Assembly (NCBI GenBank): GCA_951406725.2
Contig: OX597814.1
Location: 55,304,001-55,368,000 of the forward strand
Origin: Octopus vulgaris
Taxonomy: Eukaryota
Reading direction: 5' to 3'
Length of the DNA stretch: 64,000 bases
Shown: piece after piece, positions 36,801 through 49,837 of the stretch
Layout of the letters: each line of letters starts with the position of its first letter
How positions within the stretch are numbered: position 1 is the first letter of the stretch
Position numbers and translations under genes: made by a program
Notes under the pieces: model-generated
The model's database searches: none
What the model was told of the DNA's origin: nothing
Seen by the model: only the letters and a program-made list of their open reading frames with translations

Positions 36801-38308
36801 CAGCTTCTGAAAAGGAAAAGATCTTTGGGATTGCATGCCTAGAGGTAATAAGTCCTTGTGCTTAGTGTTAAAAGTCATGTTACAATTTCCTTCAATCTCA
36901 GAAAGGCTTTATGAGTGTGCACATACAGGTATATAGATGTAAATATACATATGCATACATTACAATTATGTGCACAGATATATGTCCATAGTTCTATGTA
37001 CATGCTCATCAGGGGGGTGGGATAAACGAACTGGCAACAAGAAGCATCTGGCGATAAAATCTTGCCTCAAATGATTCTTAATCTAAACCATGCTGGTATG
37101 GAGGTTAGATACTGATATATTCTTTTAGGCCTGATTTTGAAGCTTTCCAATATCACTTTATTTACTATACATCTTTCACTGTCTAGCTATATGCACTTCA
37201 CTTTTCTTTGATATGAGAATAAGAAAATAGTGCAGCATTTACTAAAGAATTATCAATATAGTTGTACTGTAGCAAATGGTGCATGTCTTTGATTCCATTC
37301 CTTGGTTGAGATTGTAATCTTAATGTAAAGATAAATATTACAAGAGTAGAATTGTCAACAAGTGTATAACAAAGAAGATGGTTTTTCAAAGATATCCTCT
37401 CCTCAGTCTTCAACTTCAATGCTACCTGTGTGGACTTTACACTTACTTAAGGCTCAAACTTTTCAGAAAAAATACCTTTTCAAAAGAAATTATGTACTTC
37501 ATGATACTTTTTAAACTTCAAAGAAATCTTATACTTTCAAAATAACTGTGAAATTTCCAAGTCCTTGTAAATAGGATGTTTTTAGGAATGGTGGTTTTAT
37601 TGGATATAGTGACGGAACTGTTACATGGTCACTCAATCTGTTAGAAACCACAGCTAAATTACCTTCAAATCAAACCTTAACATCTTAAAAGGAAGGAAAC
37701 AAACAACAAATAGAAAGATACAATGGATAATGAGGTCCTAAATAAACTATGCTTGAAATTTTAAAAAATCACAGTAGTCATAACAAAACTACCTTTGATT
37801 ATGGTTCTGCAGAATCATGAAGTGACCTAGGATTAAACTACAACAATGAACTAATGCTAATAAAATAAAACAATCTCTACCATGATTTCTTAATAGAATT
37901 AATATTCCAGCACTAAGACCAATTGAAGCATTTATTGTTGAATTAATGGTTTTTTCTTTTTCTTTTTTACTTCCACTTTTGACTCTTTTTTTTTCTTCTT
38001 TTTATGTTTTCAGTTGTGGATTTATATTTAATGTGGTTTTGTATTATTTATATATCATATACATACATGTTTTATATGTAATTATTAAATTATCTAAATT
38101 TTCAACACAGTGTAAATGAAGTGAATAAATTCCTACTTCAATGACATTTAACAATGAAAAAAATCTTATTAATGAAAACAATACTAATTCTAATCTATGT
38201 CAACTTAGAATTAAATAAATGAATTCAGGAATATTAATTAATATAAATTATGGTCAATACAAACTATTATTTAAAAACGTATAAATTTTTTTGTTACCTC
38301 TTCTTATG

Positions 38309-38520
38309 CAAGGGATGCTGACAAGTTCCTGGCTTCTGGTTAAAGAAAATAAAGGAGGATCGGTTAATTATGATTTTATTGAACATGTTCCACTCTCTGA
38401 TTCACTCACTTGCAGCAGTCCTTCAGTTTTTCTAAGCCCTGTAAAAGAACTCGGAAAGTTGGGCCTCCAACCAGACTTTTATGATACCCTTAAAGCCAGG
38501 AACTTTTCAGCACCCCCTCG
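38309..38520. mobile_element. Mariner-type MITE (~210 bp)
   Basis: TIR consensus CGAGGGGGTGCTGAAAAGTTCCTGGCTTT, TA at the right end; further copies at 48412-48600 (3'-truncated) and 53576-53774. Confidence 0.85.
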
Positions 38521-39479
38521 TATTCTTATGCTAAAAATTACAAACTGTACAAGAAATTAAATAAGTCAATCTTAATTCACAACTTACCTAATCAAATATA
38601 ATATCTTTTCTGCAAATAATCTTATAAACATCTAAATATCTTTTTTATTTCCACAATGAAATTTGTAGAAACATTTCTCTTATAAATTTTTTGAAAGAAT
38701 ATAGCTGAATCTTATTGCCCCAGTTATATCATTATCTGTAGTGTATCAATTAAGGAGTTCCATACTTTTTCCAAGACACAAAGGTCAGTTGTATAATAAA
38801 ACCAAAGCATGCTTGGAATTGTCACTATGCTTCTCAAAAACCAAACTCACTCTTCACTGTATGCCCCACCCACTTCAGCTTTTAATCAATTTGAATTTAT
38901 GCTTTGCCTTCCTTGTTTTGATAAGAGTTACCATTAACACTAATGAATTTTCTTTTAATTTCAAGTGTAATTTTAATTGATTTTTTTTTTTGTCTTTTTT
39001 TTTTACTCACTACTTTAAGAAAGTTAATCCCATAAAAGGCATCCCTGGGAAGATTTTCCTTATCATGTTTTCAAATTACTTAGTTTGAATATTTTTCATT
39101 ATCTGCTTTTCTGAAGTGGCCTAACAAGGCCAAAATATGCATGGAATTGTTGAAATTGTTTCCCTTGCTTCAATAAAATTTATCATTAACATTAATATTT
39201 TTCTTTTCATTATCCTTTTTTACTTCATTCATTGGACTGTAGTCATGCCTGGGCACTGCCTAAAAGGATTTAGGCAAACAAATTGATCCTAGTACTTATT
39301 TTAAAGCCTGATACTTATTCTATCAGTTTCATTTGCTGAACCACTAAGTGGTGGTGGGGGACAAACACAAAAGCATACTCTTGTAGATATATATTTTGTT
39401 TACCTTTCTTCACTCATATCAAATTACCTAGCCTTTAAATGTCTGTTGTGAATGAAAAAATGTTCAGATAAGCCGATTT

Positions 39480-41682
39480 TTCATGTATAAACTAAGAGCT
39501 TTGTTAAATAATTTGTTAAAGAAAGACATGAAATGGGACTGGACAAACGAATGTCAGAAAGCATTTAAGGATTTAAAAAAAGAGGTTGACATAAGAGTTA
39601 TCATTAACTCATTTCAACCCAAACCTGAAAATAATTGTGGCATCGGTGCCAGTAAATATAGTATATCAAAGCTATTGCACATGCATCAAGAGTTCTCTTA
39701 GTAGCAGAAAAAAACTACAGCCAGATCAAAAAGGAGGCTTTATCATTAATCTTCGCAGTAAAGAAATTCCATAAATTCCTACACGGTAGGAAGTTTACAC
39801 CGCAAACTGATCACTAGCTATTACTGTCTATTTTCAGTTCGAATAAGGGTATCCCCATGCACTCAGCAAACCACTTACAGCACTGGAGGACTACCCTGTT
39901 GAACTATGATTTTTAAATGGAGTTTTTGCCATCAAAGAAATTGAGACATGCAGATGGGTTGTCTAGGCTAATTCCAAAATATAAGGAACCGTTTGAGGAC
40001 ACAGTGATTGCATCGTTAAAACAAGAAATGAAACTGAAGAACATTTGGTGCAATGTAGTATGTGATTTACCAGTAATGCTGGAAGAAATTAAATTGAAAT
40101 TGGAAAAAGATATGGTCATAAACAAGATTTTTAAAATATTGTTGGAAAGTAACACGAAAAATAATCTATCTATATATCTATCTATTTTATCTAATTTTAT
40201 TCATTTCTCCTCTCGTCTACCTTCGTATCTTCGCGCCATCTTGAAGTCTGTCCCCTCTAATACACATGTGCTCTCTCTCTCTCTCTCTCATTCATCTACA
40301 AGCTATAATCCCGAGCGCAGATAAGATAAGTTTGAATGCTTATTTTTCACTTCTTGATTGACCATTCATTCATGTTCTCTATCTATCTAACTATTTTATC
40401 AAATTTCTCTATCTATCTATCTATATATCTATCTATTTTATCTAATTTTATTCATTTCTCCTCTCGTCTACCTTCGTATCTTCGCGGTGCACCCGCCCTG
40501 TAGAGGAGTCACTATGACAGCAAAGGCGCCACCAGTGCAGATACAGCCATGGGCAAAAACAGATTCAGCATGGTCTAGACTGTATGTGGATCTCGCAGGA
40601 CCAATAAATGGCTATTATTATATCATTGTGGTGGATAGCCATTCCATATGGCCTGAAGTGTGTAAATGCTCAAGGCCAACCACAAATGTGACTGTTGGCT
40701 TCTTGGAAGAATTGTTTGCCCATTATGGAGTGCCAGATACAATCATATTAGATAATGGCACACAATTCACAGCGAAGGAGTTCGAAAAATTCTGTAAGTC
40801 AGTTCAGATGAAGCATGTGTTAACTCTGTCATACCATCCAAGGTCAAATGGGTTAGTGAAAAGATTCATTGGCACTTTCAAGAGAGCCTTAAGAAAGACC
40901 AGATGGGAAGCCCATGAAGATAGAAATATGACGAAGTTCTTAGAGGTGTACAGAATAACACCAAATCCAAATGCAGAGTCGGGTAGGTCACCTGCAGATT
41001 TTATGTTCTCCAGAAAGATTCGTTCTGTGTTTCACAAATTGTTGCCAAGTAGGAAAGGGAAAATACAAAATTCAGGAAGTAGAACGAAATTTTTTAACAC
41101 AGGTGACGAAGTGTATTTTAAAATATATAAATCAGAAAACAAATTGGACGTCTGGGTAATGTGATGTACATGGTAAAAGTACCAAAATATGAACATAAAA
41201 GGCATTTTAACCAATTAAAGAAAAGATATATCAAAAATTAAGAAAGACGAGATGAACCAATGGATATTTGGTATGACATGTTCGAGGTCCCAGAAGCACA
41301 AGTGAAAGCAGAACCAACATGTAGGTCAAACAGGAAAAGAAAACCTACAGAAATTATGGAAATTAATGCCAAGAGAAAGAGATATGCCAGTTTCTCACCA
41401 AGGAAATAAAAATTGATAAAAATAAAGAATAAATAAATTTAAAAAAAGGACAAAGCCAATCTCAAAAGGGAGAGGTGTTATGTAGAAGTAGAACACCCTT
41501 ATTGGTTGGCTCCTAATGGACTGTGCCACAATATAAATGGACATACGCAGATAGCCTTTAGAGCAAAGTAAAGCCAAGAGTTGCATATTGTTGAGGAATA
41601 ATTAACAGTATCTTGAGTAGAATGATTTACAAGGACATTATTATTATCCCGTTATATCATACGTTGAATGTGCGATACAACA
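39480..41682 (+). mobile_element. Ty3/Gypsy LTR retrotransposon remnant (RT/RNase H, integrase, PPT, probable 3' LTR 41476-41682)
   Basis: LNNLLKKDMKWDWTNECQKAF, AEKNYSQIKKEAL...TDH, HADGLSRL; integrase WSRLYVDLAGP...DNGTQF...YHPRSNG; polypurine tract AAAAGGGAGAGG immediately before TGTT; candidate LTR end ...ACAACA. Confidence 0.9.
40165..40486. repeat. Foreign insert in the Gypsy pol bounded by a 71-bp direct repeat (40165-40235, 40416-40486)
   Basis: TCTATCTATATATCTATC...CTTCGTATCTTCGCG appears twice, identical. Confidence 0.85.
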
Positions 41683-41942
41683 CATTGTCTATAAATCAAA
41701 TTTTCCTCTTGATACAATTACCTCAATGTATATCTTTCCATGTCCAAACATACATGAACATGTTTAATATGACTATATATCTATGTTCATACACATGTCT
41801 AACATTGTTTTACTTTGTTTTTTTTAATGTCCTCTGTCACATGCTTACATGGGTTGGATAGAATTTGTTGAGATGGATTTTCTACAGCCAGATGCCCTTT
41901 CTTTTGCCAACACATGCCTACTTCCAAATAAGGTAATATAAG

Positions 41943-42245
41943 GTGTTTATTGAGCGAAAACACCTAAAGCTCCACGAGGCTCCGGCAGGGGATGGTGGTG
42001 ATCCCTGCTGTACTCTTTCACCACAACTTTCTCTCACTCTTACTTCCTGTTTCTGTTGTACCTGTATTTCAAAGGGCCGGCCTTGTCACTCTCTGTGTCA
42101 CGCTGAATATCCCCGAGAACTACGTTAAGGGTGCCCGTGTCTGTGGAGTGCTCAGCCACTTACACGTTAATTTCACGAGCAGGCTGTTCCGTTGATCGGA
42201 TCAACTGGAACCCTCGTCGTCGTAACCGACGGAGTGCTTCCATCC
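41943..42245 (+). mobile_element. 5'-truncated young SINE inserted into an older repeat
   Basis: CpG-rich; body shared with the 8654 copy, tail shared with 60800-60980; short AATAT flanks. Confidence 0.65.
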
Positions 42246-43124
42246 AATATTTCTCCATGATCAGACATGTTTTCAAAGAATATTAGAAATAAAGGACATT
42301 GTTTGCATTATGGTGACACTTGTTTACAACTACCATGCAATGTCAAGCTAAGGAAACAGTAAAACACAAACAGACGTGTGTGTGTGAGAGAGAGAGAGAG
42401 AGAAAGAGAAGTTTCTTTCAGTTTCAAGCACCAAATCCACTCACAGGACTTTGGTTGGCCTGAGGTTGTAATAGAAAATACTTGCCCAAAATGCTATGCA
42501 ATAGAAATGAACTTGAAATCATGTGGTTAGGAAACAAACTCTTTACCATAAAGCTACACTTGTGTCTATATATGTATATCAAGTCAACACATGGTCTCAG
42601 TTCAACTAACTAGTTTGGCAAGAAACTTGATCTTAGACCATGCGTTGAAATTGAAGCATTTTATCATGAAACAGCTATTTTAACTATTTGAGGACACACA
42701 AAAATCTAATATTGATAAATTTGTACTGTAAGCAGGTATTTCAAACATATTTTGAGATAATTTATATACAAATAACCAATGACATCTCCAAATGGGTACT
42801 ATTTATATACTTTCCAAATGGGTACTATTTATATACATATTTATATACATAAAAAAAAGAAAGAAATAATGAATGAAATTAACAAACAGAGAGGGATAAA
42901 ATAGAATGTCATATGAAAATGACTAAAGGCTTGTGTGCCAAAAGTTCAAACAGCCACAATATCGTTGGGTCCACAGCACCAAAGTTTTTTTAAAAATTGA
43001 TAGAAGGTGAAAAACAGAACTGAGAGAAAGAAACATCATTCTCCTACAAAGATTATAAAAATTTGCTTCTAACCAATTTTCAACAACTGCAATGTGAGGA
43101 GGGCACAAAAATGCAGTGATAGTT

Positions 43125-43985
43125 TTGAACAAGCCTTTGCTTGTCAAAAATATTTTCATAGTTTGTCCTAAATGTCCATGCTTCTTTTCTGACCTTTAAT
43201 TAGCCCTTGTTTTATATGATATGATTAATACAAAGCTTTCCTTTCATAAGTTCCAAGTTACTCTGCTGGTTGAAAAAAAAATTGGCAATGTGTATCATAT
43301 ATGATGCATTGACACCAGGGAGATAAGTTGTGTTTATCACATGTGATACACAGAACAAAGAGAGGGTTGAGAAATAAACAAAATGTGAATAACAGTTTTT
43401 ATCAAAAGCCAACAATTATTCAGATGTAGTTTCTGGTCTTAAAGAAGAAAATATTATCAGGAAGTATTTTGACTCTGCGGCACGTAAATGGTCACCATAA
43501 AAGATCTTCAGATATTGTGACATCTAACAAATATAAAGATACCATGAGGTCTAGTATTAATAAATACATAGATGTGTTTTCTTTATAACACAGGGAGTAA
43601 TATTGTTTGATTTTTTACTGCATGTCTTTTTCCCTTATATTCTGTCAATAAATGACCACCCACTGGCCAGTATATCTTCCTCAGAATGTCATTTCTCTGA
43701 AATGTTTTCCATGTCAAAGTATTTTCTGTTGATATCTACTAATAGATACTACCTCTCCTGTGTATCAATCACTTATGATACATGGGACATATTTCCTTGG
43801 AATCCATGCATCATATATGCTATACATTCCCAACTTTTTTCAACACCAGAGTAACTTGTGTCTTACGAAAGGAAAGCTTTACAATACACATAAATATGAA
43901 ACAAGGGCTAACTATAAGTCCAAAAACAAGCATGGACATTTAAGAGAGACTATGAAAATGCTTTGGATAGGCAAAGGGTTACAGC
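43125..43985. repeat. Diverged inverted repeat pair (about 43125-43350 and 43760-43985)
   Basis: Opposite-strand ORFs give homologous peptides (GVNASYMIHIANFFFNQQSNLELMKGKL vs GIHASYMLYIPNFFQHQSNLCLTKGKL; KHGHLGQTMK vs KHGHLRETMK). Confidence 0.8.
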
Positions 43986-46290
43986 TGCATCAATTTCACA
44001 CATCTTGGATAGACTGCAAACATCATAGACACAACTCTTCCTTGTTATTAAACTACTAAACTGGAACAGAATTAGAAACAAAATGACTTAAAAAATAAAA
44101 ATGAACACATCAAAACAGATAATATACAACTTAAGATATAATGACATTAAACTATTTAAAAATAGCCAATCTGATTATTTGCGACAACAAAATTGAATTA
44201 AGCTCCCTTGTGGAAATCTACATCAACATAACTAAGAGGTTTGTGAGAAATAAGGTTCTCTGTTCTGTGGTTTGTAGTAATGACACATTGTTTTGTTAAT
44301 GATAAATAAATATTTTGTATTTAGAATTTTGTATGAACTTTTTGTTCTTCTATCTTTCAGCTCAACCAAAGTATATTTTCATTATACTGGTGACAACAAA
44401 ATCAAAATATATTCACATTAAAGGATATCATATACTAATTCTCTCCTTCCTTCCAGCTTAACTATAGTTATGATATCATTAAGTAAAATAGGGTTTTATT
44501 TTAATGTGCTAATGTGAAAGATGTTGCAAGCAAATGGTGCTTACAGTATTGCCTCTTATATAAATTAATCACCCTTTTGTTGATAAGAAATGCTGCTTTC
44601 GGAAGAATAACCAGCAATGACCTTGGGTACTTTGCTGAGAATGCAGATCAATATTCATAAATGTTTTAGGTCAATTTTTCTGTGCAGATAACTATATGAA
44701 GTTTATGTAATTAATTTTCGAATTGAATTGTTAAATGGTTGGTAGGAGACATGAGTAATAAGTAGACTTCAAAGAGATGCAATTTTGAGGAAAAATATTG
44801 GCTAAAGTGTTTGGTACTGAGTTATAAGAGATGAAATGGTTTAGGAACACACTTAACAATACTCTGATTGATATACAATATAGGAACACAACAGATTTGG
44901 TAAACTCTAAAAATTAAAAAATTTTACTAATAACTAATCTCAGGAATTTAGCATTGCAAGAACCACGAAATGTTATAGGTCAGAGTTTAAGGTAGTGCTA
45001 GAAGCTATTGTTGAGCTACTTGGTAAATCTTTTATCTTTTACTGATTTCATCCATTGAACTGTTACCAAGCTGGAACATCACATTCAAGGGTTTAGTGGA
45101 ACAAATTGACCCCAGGGCTTATTTTGTAAAGCTTGGTACTTATCCTATTGGTCTCTTTTGCTGAACTGCTAAATTATGGGGATGAAAACAAATCAACACC
45201 AGTTGCCAAGTGGTGGTGGTGATTTAGGGACAAAGACACACACACACACACACACTTGACAGCCTTCTGTCAGCTTCAGTTTACCAAATGCACTCACAAG
45301 GCAGTGGTCGACTCAAGGCTGTAATAGAAAACACCTGCTTAAAGTTCCATGTAATACAACAACCAGGAATCATGTGGATGGGAAGCAAACTTCTTACCAC
45401 TGACCCACATAATAATGATTTTTGCTTAATGCTCCAAATTTAAAGAATTTCAGATACAATTGATTGAATCAATCATCAACCAAAGGCAAAAATCAAACAA
45501 AACCAGATTGTATGTATAAAGATGTTGCTAAAAGGCATTTCATCTTGCACTTGACTGTTTCAGTTAGACCCACCACTTGTAAAACAGTAAATATTATTGG
45601 TAACAAATGCAACAGAAATGAAACTATAATTATATAGATTACAAGGCTAATGACAAGTATAATATGCAATTTTGATTGGTTTCTTATTTTTACTTGCTGA
45701 TAAAAACAATCTTTGTGATTAAGCAGCTCAGATCTTTTGGCAACTTGACCAATAGCAATACAGAAAATGAAGATTGTGATTAAATGATCCATATTCTCCA
45801 GTCTAAACTATTTTGCCAAATGGTAATGGATATGTGATAATTTGAGAAGTAGCATTTTTCTAAACTGTTCTTTGTTTTTCACAAATGCTCTTCATTAATT
45901 GAAATACTATACTATCTCCATTAGTTTCTTATTAATAATGTCAATAAATATCGGTTTAGAGCTTTGATCTTTATTAACAGCTGTATGTTATATACAATTC
46001 AGTTTACTCTAAATATCAACTAAAATTAGTATTCAATAAAAATATGGTATAATGTTAGTCTTTGATAGGAATTTTTTTTCTATAATAAAACATTCAGTTC
46101 ATCGAATACAATCATTTTGTAAATACAATTAATGGATAGCCTTGCTCTGAAGATAATTTATCAATCTATTTCCAGAACTAATTTTCATCAATGCATATGT
46201 GTTTGTGTGTGTATATATATATATATAAATCACATTATAGTACACATATATATATGTATTTATACAAGATAATGTTATATATATATATAT

Positions 46291-47298
46291 ATATTCTGCT
46301 CTTTCTGCCTTTCTCTGTACATCAGGCAAATAGGATGCCACTTGGCTGACTGGTTCGCAGAACACCCCCGAGACATTCAACTCAGCAATGACACCCCAGT
46401 CTCATGCCATTTCCACTCTATTGGTCACTATTTGCAACACCTGTCTGTGTTTGGATTGTCCTTGCATAGGGGCCATCCAGACTCCCGTCATCACCGTGAA
46501 CAAGGATTAATCTTCTCTCTTTGCTCCTTTGCACTACATGGGCTCAACTCTCCTCCCCTCTCCTCTCTTTATCTCACACTTACTTCCTCCCACCCACCTC
46601 TCCTCTTTTGCTCTGACTCCTACTTCTTCTCTTCACTCGTATCCTCCTTCTCTCTTCTCTTCACTCCTACCCACCTTCTCCCTTCTGCCTCTCCCTTCAT
46701 CATCACCCCTCCCTCGTAACCCAACCCCTACACAATCCAACCCCACCTTCCCTATCCATCTCATCCCCTATGCCCACTCCCACATACCTCACCTCTACCT
46801 CTGTCCTCAGCCTAACCCACAACTCACCCTTGCTTTCCCCACTCTCGCCTCCCCCACATCCCAACACCACCACACCACACACTAGCATACTGCACAACAC
46901 CGCATCACATCACACCAGCATGCACACACTAACACTGACCACTTCCCAGCACTCACACCATTATCCACACACCTCAACGTCACCAGCCCTCTTCCACACG
47001 CACATACATACTCTCTTATACACATGCATGCACACCTTTGCTTTGGGATCACCACTACTTTATTATCTCCCCTCCTTCCTAGCTCTCCTGTGTGACACTT
47101 CTGTCCGGCATTCGCCATGATAAATCGCTAGCCACTATACATTCTTTATTTTCTCTCCGTTTCTTTCTGTGTTCCTTTCTGTGGAAGAGCGTAAGCTCAA
47201 AATGTTAAAAACTTTTTCACTTCCCGAGTGTTAAACTAATACATCTGTTTGTTGTCGACACCACCTGTCTTCGTCTTTTGTTTTTTTGTGAATTCTCC

Positions 47299-47300
<2 letters not shown>
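46291..47300 (+). mobile_element. Penelope-like element 3' fragment (GIY-YIG endonuclease C-terminus, pyrimidine/CA-rich tail)
   Basis: CSFCLSLYIRQIG.HLADWFAEH...PVSCHFHSIGH...REQGLIFSL...HGLN, matching the PLE pattern YIGxTG..L..RF.EH...HF...H...E..LI......P.GLN. Confidence 0.8.
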
Positions 47301-47301
<1 letters not shown>

Positions 47302-47340
<39 letters not shown>

Positions 47341-47460
47341 AAATCCATTCTGTCTGTCTGTCTGTGTGTCTTCTAGGATCTCGGGCATCCTTCATCCGAT
47401 TGCGCTCAAATTTGATATGTAGATACTGTCGGTGAGAATGCGATTGATAAAGCCATGGGA
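47302..47460 (+). mobile_element. Helitron/Helentron-like 5' fragment with (TCTG)n
   Basis: TATATA...AAAATCCATTCTGTCTGTCTG...CATCCGATTGCGCTCAAATTTG pattern typical of non-autonomous Helitron-type repeats. Confidence 0.4.
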
Positions 47461-47665
47461 ACGTGCATTTGTAACATCGTTTTTCTTTGAATAGAAAAAG
47501 TCTGTCTTTATTTCTTCTTTTGCTGGTGTCTCAAATTTAGGTTAAATCAGTGTTTCTCAAAGGGGATGCCTATGGGACAGTTGGACAAGTTGTTTTGAGA
47601 AAATTTGGTTTAAAAGTTTGACAACTCAGCACCGTCCATTGGACGGGGGGGGGGCGTTTTGCTTG

Positions 47666-47700
<35 letters not shown>

Positions 47701-47735
47701 ATGTTTGTATGTATGTGTATATATATATATGTATG

Positions 47736-47777
<42 letters not shown>

Positions 47778-47809
47778 CATATATTCCAGTAAGTTAGTCC
47801 TAAGATAGC

Positions 47810-49837
47810 AGTTTTTAAAACTAGATGAGACCAAGCAGCAAGATGAATCAATACTTTCAAGAAGAACTAAACCACTATCAACCAGACAAACCAGCAGAAA
47901 ATATTCTTAATATCAATTAGCCCTCATTCCAACCCTATAGTGAATAAGATCAAATAAGCTATCAAGTTCTTGAAAAGTAGTAAAACAGCCAGTGTTTGTG
48001 CAATTCACACAAAACTGCTAAAGGCAAACCCAATTACAGTGACATCAATGCTGTTTGATCACTTTAGGACCATATGGGAGAGTGACACCAATCAAAGTGA
48101 CTGAGCAAAATGAGCAATAGCCCAACTTTGCAAGAAAGGCAACTGACAGGCTCCGGTATTACGAAGAGATAAAGGCGGCGAGCTGGCAGAAACGTTAGCA
48201 CGCCAGGCGAAATGCTCAGCGGTATTTCGTCTGCCGCTACGTTCTGAGTTCAAATTCCGCCGAGGTCGACTTTGCCCTTCATCCTTTCGAGGTCGATTAA
48301 ATAAGTACCAGTTATGCACTGGGGTCGATGTAATCGATTTAATACCTATGTCTGTCCTTGTTTGTCCCCTCTATGTTTAGCCCCTTGTGAGTAATAAAGA
48401 AATAGGTATTACGAAGAGATGCTGAAAAGTCCCTGGCTTTGGGTAAAAGAAAATACAGGAGGATCAGTTAATTGTGGTTTTATTCAACATATTCCCCTTC
48501 TCAGATTCACACACTTATTGCAATGGTTCTTCAGCTTCTCTCAGCTCTGTAAAATAACTCGGAAGGTTGAACCTTCAGCCAGGCCTTTCACGACACCCTT
48601 GTTTTATCATATTCTTTTTCATTCATAACAAGTTTTTTTTTGTAGAGTTCAGATCTGCAATTGACAGCAAGCTGAAAGAAGAGCAAGCAGGATTCAAAAA
48701 AGGTAGAGGATGCATTGATCAGATACATGTTCTAAGAAAAATAATCAAGCAGTGCTTTAAGTGGAATGTTTCATTGTACACAATTTCATAAACTGTAGAA
48801 AGGATTTTGACCATGTGCTTAAGAAGACTCACTGGAAGTTCTTGAAATCACATAGAATCCCTGAGAAGAGCCTCACCTTGATCAGTCTGTTCTATAACGA
48901 ATTTGAATGAAGTGTGATCATTAACAAGACATTCACTGAATGGTTAACAGTGGAATCCAGTATGTGACAGGGATATATCCTCCCCTCACTCATCATCTAC
49001 TTAATATTAGTGACTTGATCATGCATATGACCACAGCAGGATATCCAATGGATGCTTTTTTCAAATTTAGAAAATCTTGACTATATAAATTACCTAGCAG
49101 CCCTCTCCTCAAAGAGAGAATATCTATAAGAGAAATCTATCAAGCTGAACAATTGTACTAGACAGGTTTAAGCATCAATACTATAAAGAAAAGTGAACTG
49201 CATCAACTCCAATAATTCTAGATCTATCACGGGGGGGGGGGGCGTTTTGGTTAATGGTAATCATGTGAATGATTTTACATATATAGAATGCATTATCAGC
49301 AGAGTCAATGGGGCAAGAAAGGTTTACTGAAAGGAATTTGAAGGACCTTACCAATCTGGAAGTGTAGGTAATAGGAACTTAGGGTTAAGACCAGACTCTA
49401 TAAAATTAATGTCAAATCTGAAGCAATGTATGGCTCAGAATGCTGGGTAGTGAAAAAGGAGACCTGAATCAGCTCAGTGCTTTCCATAATGAGTGTTTGA
49501 GGCAAATCTACTGAACCTTCTGTCTCCAAAAAGTGTCAAGTTAGAAGCTATGCTGCAAAACTAGTTGCAATAGTGTGAAACTTGAAATTAAATGCTGGCA
49601 GCTCAGATTGCTAGACTATGCACACAGAATGGGCAAGAGAAAAATACCATGAGAAGCATTAAGATAGACATCAACTGGAAAATAAAAGCCTGGTTGGCCA
49701 AAGAACACTTGGTGTAAAACAACTGAAAGAGAAACATGAATTTTGCATGATGCAAGGTACAGAAAGCTACAAGACTTGTCTGAATGATATTGATTTCTTG
49801 AAGCCTTATTTTTCAATAAAGAAGAAGATTAAATAAA
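47810..49837 (+). mobile_element. RTE-clade LINE (second family), RT and 3' end, with nested MITE and SINE
   Basis: LKEEQAGFKKGRGCIDQIHVLRKII, (GVR)QGYILPSL, LENLDYINYL (about LEDLDYADDL), MYGSECW; ends GAAGAAGATTAAATAAA. Confidence 0.85.
48171..48404 (+). mobile_element. Young intact tRNA-derived SINE with 16-bp TSD
   Basis: A box TGGCAGAAACG, B box GAGTTCAAATTCC, A-rich end; TSD GGTATTACGAAGAGAT at 48155-48170 and 48405-48420. Confidence 0.92.

Noticed and set aside
46529-47120. Pro/Ser/His/Thr-rich ORFs
   Set aside because: Low-complexity tail of the Penelope-like element.
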